Shown here: positions 41,100 through 49,010 of the stretch, in pieces
How positions within the stretch are numbered: position 1 is the stretch's first letter
Layout of the letters: each line of letters begins with the position of its first letter
Assembly: GCA_964653595.1 (NCBI GenBank)
Contig: CAZZHH010000001.1
Location: 40,813-104,812 of the forward strand
Direction of reading: 5' to 3'
DNA: 64,000 nucleotides
Origin: an uncultured Lentimicrobiaceae bacterium
GTDB lineage: Bacteria > Bacteroidota > Bacteroidia > Bacteroidales > WCHB1-69
The notes under the pieces: generated by a model
Told to the model about the DNA's origin: nothing
Seen by the model: the letters and a program-made list of their open reading frames with translations, nothing else
The model's database searches: none
Made by a program: the position numbers and the translations under genes

Positions 41100-41249
41100 C
41101 CCCACCATGAAAAAACTATGTATGTGTACATAGCTTGTCTTAAATATCTTTGAATTGTGAATGAACTAATTGTATGACAAATGTACGATATTAAAATACA
41201 ATGACAAAGAAATTTCGTTGTACTTAATAAAATCAATTACGGAGCGGAT

Positions 41250-41444
41250 TTACTCGTCAACTTTTTTCTTGCCTAAAAGCATATCGGTTTGAGCTTTCAT
41301 TTGTTCGAATGAGTATGGTTGTTTTAACTGTTCTTCGGCCTGCTTTAAGGCTTTTAAGTTTTGTAGTCTGTGGTATTCGTTTAAGATGCCATCTTCTTTT
41401 GAAGTTGACTGTTGTTTTTCTGTAATACTCCTGCTATTCTTCAT
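41250..41444 (-). CDS. Possible small protein, 64 aa (doubtful)
   Basis: ATG-initiated, Lys/Gln/Glu-rich helical-looking sequence. The terminator lies ~150 nt downstream. There is no homology evidence. Confidence 0.25.
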   Translation of the reverse strand: MKNSRSITEKQQSTSKEDGILNEYHRLQNLKALKQAEEQLKQPYSFEQMKAQTDMLLGKKKVDE

Positions 41445-42174
41445 ATATTCTGTATTAAAGGATTTGTATTGTAAAGTTAGGGAAAATAATCATGCAAGTC
41501 ATAATTTTTAAAACGTAATTGAATGTATTAACTAAAACAACTGCGGGTTGTAAAAAGACAAAGCATAGTGAGACAGCCTTGAGCCAGCGTGGGGTGAGGG
41601 TGCAATGAACGTAGTGGTTTGCGACCGAACGAAGGGGCGAGCCACCTGCGAGTGGAGCATAGGGTGCGGAGCAGAGGAAGCACGGAGTGAAGCGTAGCGG
41701 AATGAGTGCGCTGCGACCTATGTAGTCTTCTACACAAGGGGTGGCGGACTTTTTGCTTTTTTATGGGGATTGACCTTGTGAGGGTATTTGCAAAAAGTGT
41801 GACACCACGCAGCCCTTTGCGACCCGCAGGCGAGCACAAAAAATAAACAGCCGTGACCTGAAAGCTGCTGTAGAGAATGTAGGCGGAATGAAATGAAATG
41901 TCTGAGCTTGCGAAGGTTTGAATGTAATGGAGCCGTAATGAACGAAGCTGCTTGCAGGGCAAAAGAGGCTGTGGGTGAGGAAGAAGGAGGAGCTGCAATA
42001 AACATGACAGCCTTGCCGATAGGCAACCGAAGGCGTTGAAGCGCTTGTTTTCTACCTTAGAATAAATAGCACAAAAACAAGGGCTGAAACGGGCTGGCGT
42101 GATTATTTGCCGACGACTGATGACGAACACCGCTTCACCTGCTTTGGCTTTGTGGGTGGATTGCTAAAATTTTA

Positions 42175-42846
42175 CTAATTCATCTTAATTTTATTTTTTT
42201 CTGTCTCAACATCATACCCAATTTGCCAATAATACATGTCAATAATTTTCATTATTGGATAATAATAATTTAAGTTTTTACGGATTAAATCTTGACAAGC
42301 TATGATTTGGTTTAAGTCTAAATTATTGAAAATTGATTCTAAACATTTTTTCCCGAACTTTATATCTTTTAGCTTTAATGTATCTTTAATTCCTGTGATA
42401 AAATATCTGTCAAAAGCTGGAACACACCCCAAAGTGCCAAGCATTATTTTACTAATAAGAGTATCTGTAGGAGTAATATATTTTGGATTTTTTTCTTCCT
42501 TAATGTATGTTATACTATTATAATAATTGGCTAATTCATCTTTTAATTCTAATATCAAATCAATGTCTTTGATAATTATATCGGTTTCCCAATTACACCT
42601 TAGCTTATGGAATTTTTCTTTGAATAGAATATCAACAGCTTTTTGATGAATGAAATGATTTTTTTGTAGCAAACCACATGATCCTCTATACATACCCCAA
42701 CTTGCTAAATAAAATGCTAAATGTAAAGCATGGGATTCGTCAGGAACAGCTGATAAAAATGCTTTATGGCAATTATCCCACGATGAATATCTATGATAGG
42801 GATCTTTTTTTATGTTTAAAATAAATTTTTCAATTGTACTTTTCAT
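42175..42846 (-). CDS. Hypothetical protein, 223 aa, directly downstream of brxL
   Basis: Coherent ORF on the same strand as BREX, 116 nt after the brxL stop. Conserved-looking N-terminal block YHRYSSWDNCHKAF ... LHLAFYLASWGMYRGS. Function unknown. Confidence 0.6.
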   Translation of the reverse strand: MKSTIEKFILNIKKDPYHRYSSWDNCHKAFLSAVPDESHALHLAFYLASWGMYRGSCGLLQKNHFIHQKAVDILFKEKFHKLRCNWETDIIIKDIDLILELKDELANYYNSITYIKEEKNPKYITPTDTLISKIMLGTLGCVPAFDRYFITGIKDTLKLKDIKFGKKCLESIFNNLDLNQIIACQDLIRKNLNYYYPIMKIIDMYYWQIGYDVETEKNKIKMN

Positions 42847-42962
42847 GCAAAATTTTTAGGTTAAATATATGATTATCTTACAATAGAATTAAGAACAGAT
42901 TGACAGCATTTGCTTATATTCAGTACTTTAAATTAGTTATAATTCAATTAAAAATCGTTAGT

Positions 42963-45011
42963 TTAGTCGATTAATACTGATTTTTGAAGTAGTAATATGC
43001 TATTGTTATAAAATGGGACATCGGTTTTCCCTAAAATTGTGGTTGGCAGAGTTGCGATTTCTGAGACATTATCCATTGGGACAAGTATTGTCTTAGCTCC
43101 ATTTTCGGAAAGAAGGGTTACTTTATCTGCAAAGTTTAATGCTCTTTCTATAGCCCCACCTATTGATAAATTACCCAAAACGGCCAGTCCTCCTTTGAGG
43201 TTTTTCTTATATAAAGCGGAAATAATTGCAACATAAACAGCACTTCCAATACCCCCACTTATGGATGCTCCCATAAGATTGCTAACTTGAATGTTTAAAT
43301 CGTAACCAGATAAGGAGTGTTGATCATTTAGAATGCTTTTTTCGTTAGCTCTAAGGTAGTTGTATGTATTTTTAATGTTCTCCTTTACAAGTTGAGAGTT
43401 CGTTCCTGTAATGTTGGTTTTACCACTTCCTTTGAGTGCAACAACTTCGATTTTTACTAATGAGTTGTTTTCGCCATCGCTGGTAGCCGTATAACATACG
43501 CCTGGAGCAAGTGGATTTGATTCAATCAATGATGAACCTCTCTCTTCGGGTAATCCTACAAATATTTCCTCTTGCGTTTCTTTGTCGATATATGAAAAGT
43601 TGGTGTCCCAAAACTCCATACCTCCAATTCTTTTAAGTTGTTCTTTCACTCTACGGCGCATTTCCATTGCTATTACCAGATATTCTTTAATATCCTCTTT
43701 GTTGAATTCGCCATTTGGGTGCATAAGTTTAATTAAACCAGAAACAATTTTACGTACTGATTTGGAATCTCTTTGTTTAATATGCGACCCTAACGTGAAG
43801 TATTGATCAATGGCATCGTAGTATGTTGTTTTTCGTTGTGATTTTAGCACTTCGGAAAAGAAATCGGTACTAAATCCAAAGTGGTTTGTGAAATTTTGAG
43901 GACTAAATTTGGTTATTTCCCAACCCGGAAGGAATAAATTAATACGATCTAAAAAAGCCGTATCATAATTTACTTCATCAGACAACGGACTAAATAGATG
44001 TGATGTTTGCAAAACAGTTTCAACGGGTTGATTTATGTTACCGTTTAAAATTATGGAAGCTGAACCTGTTATTTCACCACCCTTTGCCCTAGAAAACGAA
44101 CCCGATTCCATGTAATCTTTCATTAAGGGTATAGCATCTCTATCTTTAAATAATTTATCGGTACTTTCATCAAAGCAAATGGTGTCCCATAATCCAACGG
44201 CACCAACTCTGCCTGTTGTGTTATTTACAAATAATTGGGCTACAGAGCCTTGACCGCCAGAGATTAATATTGCATAAGGTGTAATTTCTTTGTAGATGTA
44301 TGATTTCCCTGAAGAACGAGGGCCTAATTCTACCATATTGAAATTAGCTTCAACCAATGGAATTAAACGACAGAGTAACAAGTTTAATTTTCGAGCATCA
44401 AAACCTTCACTATTAGGCTCATAACCAGCACTTCGGAGTAATAATGTTTTCCACTCCTCTTTGCTAAACTCGTTTCTTTTATTCGCTATTTTTGAATTAT
44501 CAAAACTAGACAATTGTATTGGTTTTATATCACGAACCACAAATGGATACACAACTGAGCCTACTGTTATCATCGGATCGTATTCCATTTCGATTATAGC
44601 CCAAATTCCACCTAATAACAGCTTTTCGTGCGATGTTACTAGATCATCGTTTATATTCGCTTTTTTGATATTACTATTGCTGATGTTTGCCCAATATCTA
44701 TCGCGCTGAGGGTCTAAATCGACTGATATTTTGTCGATAATTTTAAATCGCCCTTTTTCTCTAAGTTTAGATTGTATCAGCGTGCTTTCTTCTGGATTGA
44801 CATAATGATTGCGCAGAACGGATTTAACATTCTCCATACCTTCTTTCAACTTTTCTTCGTCTTCGGTACTGCACGTATTGGCGAGTAAATATTCCAATAC
44901 AAATGCAGGAACATTTGCACCACCCTTTATAATACCTACTAAGTCTTTTTTTACCACATAGCCTCTAAAATGATCTAAGGCTTTTTTATCTAATTCATCT
45001 AGTATTATCAT
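42963..45011 (-). CDS. brxL: BREX system Lon-like protein BrxL
   Basis: 682 aa. N-terminus LDHFRGYVVKKDLVGIIKGGANVPAFVLEYLLA is typical of BrxL. P-loop GPRSSGKSY, and a Lon-protease-like C-terminal domain. Terminal position in the BREX-1 order. Confidence 0.85.
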   Translation of the reverse strand: MIILDELDKKALDHFRGYVVKKDLVGIIKGGANVPAFVLEYLLANTCSTEDEEKLKEGMENVKSVLRNHYVNPEESTLIQSKLREKGRFKIIDKISVDLDPQRDRYWANISNSNIKKANINDDLVTSHEKLLLGGIWAIIEMEYDPMITVGSVVYPFVVRDIKPIQLSSFDNSKIANKRNEFSKEEWKTLLLRSAGYEPNSEGFDARKLNLLLCRLIPLVEANFNMVELGPRSSGKSYIYKEITPYAILISGGQGSVAQLFVNNTTGRVGAVGLWDTICFDESTDKLFKDRDAIPLMKDYMESGSFSRAKGGEITGSASIILNGNINQPVETVLQTSHLFSPLSDEVNYDTAFLDRINLFLPGWEITKFSPQNFTNHFGFSTDFFSEVLKSQRKTTYYDAIDQYFTLGSHIKQRDSKSVRKIVSGLIKLMHPNGEFNKEDIKEYLVIAMEMRRRVKEQLKRIGGMEFWDTNFSYIDKETQEEIFVGLPEERGSSLIESNPLAPGVCYTATSDGENNSLVKIEVVALKGSGKTNITGTNSQLVKENIKNTYNYLRANEKSILNDQHSLSGYDLNIQVSNLMGASISGGIGSAVYVAIISALYKKNLKGGLAVLGNLSIGGAIERALNFADKVTLLSENGAKTILVPMDNVSEIATLPTTILGKTDVPFYNNSILLLQKSVLID

Positions 45012-45022
45012 AATTTATACGT

Positions 45023-47260
45023 TTATAAAAGGCCACCTAAATCTCTGGCAACATTTTGTTTTACAACACCTTTATCTAATTGTTCTTTGGTTAATGCATC
45101 GAGCACTTTAATTTCAATTTCTGAATATGAATCAAATCTGAACTCTTTTTTTATCTCGCTACCTTTAGCAATGGTAATTATATCACTTTCGTTTATTTTT
45201 TGATTGTTGGCAAAAAAGAGAATGATTATTTTACGTTCTGTGGTAAAAAGATCCGATGCATTTGAAGTTGCTTTTATTTTTATCGAGAACAAATCTCCAG
45301 TTATATCTTTCAATTCTTCTTTGTTGGCTATTTCAATTTGTAGTTGATTTTGAGTATTGGTTTTATTTGACCATTTCAAACATGGAATAATTGTTTCTTG
45401 TGGCGATAACCCCCCATGACTGTAGCCATAAACTCCTGTAGATTTGAAAGGGCCTAGTCTTTTTGCAAAATAACAGTAATTGAAATCGCCATACTTTAGC
45501 TCCTGTTCAATCAATAAATCGGAATCTATTTTTTGACTGATTTCGGTTCTGATGTATCGTTCGCTTTTGTTTGTTTTACCATTAAAATCAACCTCTATCT
45601 TATCCGAATCAACAAGAATTCCGGTTAATACAAAGCCATGGTCGGTAAGTAAAAATACATTTTCGTAGCCGTTTTTAAGCAGTTGTTCAATTTTGGAGGC
45701 ATACGTTTCGGACACTTTTTCAAAATGTTTAAGTGCCTTTTGCTGATAGGTCTCTCCCAATTTATCAGGGTCTTTATAACTACAAATTAGATAGTTATAC
45801 TTATCCGTCAACTCGTTTACACTTTCCAAATCAATGAATCCAATTTCTTTGTCTGGATTTTGTTTCAAAATAAAATTTTCTCGGTCTTGCTTTTTTGCCA
45901 TCACTTCACCCGTTTCAACATACAACTGACTCATATTATGTTCGGTTTCGGAGGGGAGGTCTGCAAACAAATATTGATTGTCTTTATCTAAAGGGTACTC
46001 TCTGGAAACTTTTGCAATGATATCTTGAGCAAACTCAAAAGAGACCCCATCACCGACAATAATAGCCGTTTTGGTGATGTTATTATTTAAAATTTCTTGG
46101 ATCTTGCCTGTTTGATTTGATTTGTAGGTATCGATATAACGGAACCATTTTTCGAAGAAAATAATGACGATGTTTTTGTAATAATCCTGTAATGGTTCAA
46201 TTAAGTATTGTTTTTCTAAAAACTCGGTGTAAAGTCCTCTGATAGCCCTATCTAGTTTATAAAAGTGGTTTACATAAAACGAAGCACATTCAGATAACGA
46301 GGCTAACTGATTAATATTTTTGACATCAAATTCTAAAAGTGTTTTTACATGCGACCAAAAAGCAATGTTTAAGTGCTTTATGACCCTGTTGCTAATGCGT
46401 TGGTTTATTTTAGGAATAAAATTGCTAATATATCCTTTATTGGACATGTTTTTACCAAGTTCTTCTAACCATTGTTCATCGATACTTCGGAATGGATGTG
46501 AAGGATGAATGGCGAAAATATCCGACTTTGGTGATAATTTGTATTTCTTGAGATAGGAATCTAAAGAGTTGATATATGTTTTACTGTCTAACCAATTGTT
46601 ATAGACTTCTAACAACACTTTGTTTGGGTTGTTGTTTGCTAACCCATCAAACAGGTAGTTTACCACTTCTGTTGCCAGAGTTGTGGCAGGTTTTGCCACA
46701 TAAGTTTGCCCTATTAATTCATTTATTTTTTTAAAAAAGAGCACTTGTACCATTGCATCGTAGTTTTGGAGATACGATTGGGGACTATCTAAAAATGGCA
46801 ACAACTCTTTTTCAAGGTTAAATATTTCAGACGAACCAGTGATACCCAAATTCATCCAATATGTTTTATCCTTACCAATACTTACTTTTGCAGCTGAAAT
46901 CAATTCGTCTTTCTCTAAATGCAGATTGATGTTGCAATTGCTTAGTGCTTTATCTTTTATGTAATTCTGTAAATACTTGATTTCGAGGCATCCATTAGTT
47001 TCGCAATACTCACGAATAAATTTCAACTGTACTTTTGGGTTGGTGGTGTATATTACCACTTTAGCCCCTATGTTGTAGATTTTTTCAACTTCAAATTTTA
47101 CTCGCAATTCTTCGATTTCGGTAGAAGCAGTATATAACTGGTAATCATCTTTGATTAAATCCAAAAGAAATGCAGCCTCTTTGGATTCATCGATGAATAC
47201 CGCAATTTGCTTTGTTTTTAATATTGCTTCTATGTCTTTTTTAAACCAAGTATCTATCAT
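45023..47260 (-). CDS. pglZ: BREX system alkaline-phosphatase-superfamily protein PglZ
   Basis: 745 aa. PglZ-domain core (IVGDGVSFEF ... VFLLTDHGFVLTG) and a position between pglX and brxL. Confidence 0.85.
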   Translation of the reverse strand: MIDTWFKKDIEAILKTKQIAVFIDESKEAAFLLDLIKDDYQLYTASTEIEELRVKFEVEKIYNIGAKVVIYTTNPKVQLKFIREYCETNGCLEIKYLQNYIKDKALSNCNINLHLEKDELISAAKVSIGKDKTYWMNLGITGSSEIFNLEKELLPFLDSPQSYLQNYDAMVQVLFFKKINELIGQTYVAKPATTLATEVVNYLFDGLANNNPNKVLLEVYNNWLDSKTYINSLDSYLKKYKLSPKSDIFAIHPSHPFRSIDEQWLEELGKNMSNKGYISNFIPKINQRISNRVIKHLNIAFWSHVKTLLEFDVKNINQLASLSECASFYVNHFYKLDRAIRGLYTEFLEKQYLIEPLQDYYKNIVIIFFEKWFRYIDTYKSNQTGKIQEILNNNITKTAIIVGDGVSFEFAQDIIAKVSREYPLDKDNQYLFADLPSETEHNMSQLYVETGEVMAKKQDRENFILKQNPDKEIGFIDLESVNELTDKYNYLICSYKDPDKLGETYQQKALKHFEKVSETYASKIEQLLKNGYENVFLLTDHGFVLTGILVDSDKIEVDFNGKTNKSERYIRTEISQKIDSDLLIEQELKYGDFNYCYFAKRLGPFKSTGVYGYSHGGLSPQETIIPCLKWSNKTNTQNQLQIEIANKEELKDITGDLFSIKIKATSNASDLFTTERKIIILFFANNQKINESDIITIAKGSEIKKEFRFDSYSEIEIKVLDALTKEQLDKGVVKQNVARDLGGLL

Positions 47261-47262
47261 AA

Positions 47263-48303
47263 TTATGGGTGATTAATTGTTGGTAATGGAAATTGCGTTT
47301 CAAATGTCCACTTGAGATCGTTGATGGTATTTTTGAATTCAGTCAGTGTGTCAATAATTTCGTCAAAGGAGGGTGAATCGCCATATATCATTTGTTGTTG
47401 CATTATTTTGTAATCAGCTCTCCATGCTTCTATAAAATCAGCATTAGGAATGGGATTAATTGATTGTGGTTGATGCAAATTGTAATCAACACCACCTACT
47501 TTAGTAAAATGATATCGGTGATTTACTATGGTTTCGTATAGTACTTTATCATTAATGGCATCTAAAGCAAATTGGTTTTTCGACAATTGATAGACGTCGT
47601 ATAAATGTCGGCTTAACCTATTCACTCTTGCTTTTTCAGCAGGTCGGTGAAACTCCTCGTGCAATAGGAATATTTTCTCTAAAAATGTCCTTTCTGGATT
47701 TACCACGGGTATATTTATTGATGCTTGTGCAAAAGCCGCTTGAGGATAATTTTCATCTACCAAAGATAACACGTTTTTGTTTGTAAACGGCTCTCTTAAA
47801 GAACGACAACCAATTTCTACCTGAACCTTTGGCTGGATATACCCTGGTGTTGGAATTACATTTGGATAGTATATTTCAATTACGCTTGGATCTTGATCGC
47901 TGTCGGGTGTTTCTATTAATTTTAAGATTACATCGGAGAATCCTTTTTCGGAAAATTTATGTTGAAGGTCTATTATGAAAATAGTTGAAATATAGGTATA
48001 TGCTGACTTCCGTAATGCTGTGCGTTTGCTTTTTGATAGATTGCCTTCAACCCCAAGGAACTTTCTATCTAGTGCCAAGTCTATGTCTTCCGAAAAACGG
48101 TCGATTAATCCCCACGCTTTGCTTAGCGAAGTGCCACCTTTAAATACTAAGTGGTTTCCAATTTCCATTTCGAAAATCAGCGCCAAGGTTTGCACTACCC
48201 ACCAGTCTTTTTCAACGGCGTAAGCTGCCATACCAGTATCTTCGGCAATTTGAGTATATGCTCTGATTTTGGTTTCTGCGGGCGTGTTATACCATCTATT
48301 CAT
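47263..48303 (-). CDS. abiEii: AbiEii/AbiGii-family nucleotidyltransferase toxin (DUF1814)
   Basis: FKGGTSLSKAWGLIDRFSEDIDL nucleotidyltransferase motif. 346 aa. The start overlaps the upstream antitoxin gene by 8 nt. Confidence 0.8.
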   Translation of the reverse strand: MNRWYNTPAETKIRAYTQIAEDTGMAAYAVEKDWWVVQTLALIFEMEIGNHLVFKGGTSLSKAWGLIDRFSEDIDLALDRKFLGVEGNLSKSKRTALRKSAYTYISTIFIIDLQHKFSEKGFSDVILKLIETPDSDQDPSVIEIYYPNVIPTPGYIQPKVQVEIGCRSLREPFTNKNVLSLVDENYPQAAFAQASINIPVVNPERTFLEKIFLLHEEFHRPAEKARVNRLSRHLYDVYQLSKNQFALDAINDKVLYETIVNHRYHFTKVGGVDYNLHQPQSINPIPNADFIEAWRADYKIMQQQMIYGDSPSFDEIIDTLTEFKNTINDLKWTFETQFPLPTINHP

Positions 48304-48907
48304 GGATGTTGTTTTTAAGTGCTTTGCGCATAATTACTCTAATCCATTCGGGGGCCAGACGAATGTCGTGTTCTAATCTCGATTGTTCTTCTTTTTGAAG
48401 TTGTTTTAGAATTATATTAATTTCTTGTTCAGTTACATTCTCTTTGCCAATTACTTTGAGGGCTTGTATCACCAAACTACTTATTTTGCCTATGGATGAT
48501 AAATTTTTAGGGGCAGATTTTTTGAAAAGAATTTTGCGTTTACCTAAATCTATTTTTCGTGCAGCACCATCGGTAAGATAAACGGCATTCATAGGTACTT
48601 GGGTTGATAAACCAAGTGCATTAAGTGCCATAACTCCTGTGGGAACTATCCGCGCTTTGTCTCTTTTGCCAATGGCTTCGGCAATGGCTTCGGTGCTAGG
48701 TTTTATTAAACCCAAAACAGGGTCGTTTTCTAAACGTGCATAAATACCACGAGCCACCCGAAAAACCTCTCCTTTTTCCACCATTCTCTCTAATGCTTTT
48801 GCTATGGCTTTAGCTGAGCCAAAAGAGAGAAAATCTTCCACAAAAAAGAGCGAACCCCTCTTGGCTTTTTTAATTTTAATAATTACTTTATCATCAATAC
48901 TTTGCAT
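48296..48907 (-). CDS. abiEi: AbiEi-type antitoxin / transcriptional autoregulator (DUF6088-like)
   Basis: 203 aa. N-terminal winged-helix-like segment (SAKAIAKALERMVEKGEVFRVARGIYA). Coupled to the AbiEii gene, with two inverted-repeat operators upstream. Confidence 0.7.
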   Translation of the reverse strand: MQSIDDKVIIKIKKAKRGSLFFVEDFLSFGSAKAIAKALERMVEKGEVFRVARGIYARLENDPVLGLIKPSTEAIAEAIGKRDKARIVPTGVMALNALGLSTQVPMNAVYLTDGAARKIDLGKRKILFKKSAPKNLSSIGKISSLVIQALKVIGKENVTEQEINIILKQLQKEEQSRLEHDIRLAPEWIRVIMRKALKNNIHE

Positions 48908-48926
48908 CTGATATTAGATTAATTTG

Positions 48927-48955
48927 TGTCGCAAATATAGTATAAATTTGCGACA
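48927..48955 (-). promoter_or_regulatory. Candidate AbiEi operator IR1 (10-9-10 inverted repeat)
   Basis: tgtcgcaaat-N9-atttgcgaca with perfect arms, 20 nt upstream of the abiEi start. Confidence 0.6.
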
Positions 48956-48972
48956 TAAATAGGTTTTTATTC

Positions 48973-49001
48973 TGTCACAAATTTAGATAAGATTTGTGAC
49001 A
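48973..49001 (-). promoter_or_regulatory. Candidate AbiEi operator IR2 (10-9-10 inverted repeat)
   Basis: tgtcacaaat-N9-atttgtgaca with perfect arms and the same architecture as IR1. The centres are 46 bp apart. It lies about 10 nt below the pglX stop. Confidence 0.6.
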
Positions 49002-49010
49002 AAACTAGGT

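Noticed and set aside
40938-41236. 71-aa plus-strand and 60-aa minus-strand ORFs
   Set aside because: They overlap the extended hairpin, the terminator and each other, and they have implausible composition.
41528-42130. 200-aa and 98-aa minus-strand ORFs in the GC-rich block
   Set aside because: The composition is Arg/Leu/Ser/Cys/His-rich nonsense. The two frames overlap and are both open only because the minus strand is pyrimidine-rich and so lacks stop codons. There is no credible start context.
41528-42170. Retron msr/msd, DGR template, or group II intron remnant
   Set aside because: No reverse-transcriptase gene is anywhere in the window. The gagccgta segment at 41929 lacks the complementary arm needed for a domain V hairpin.
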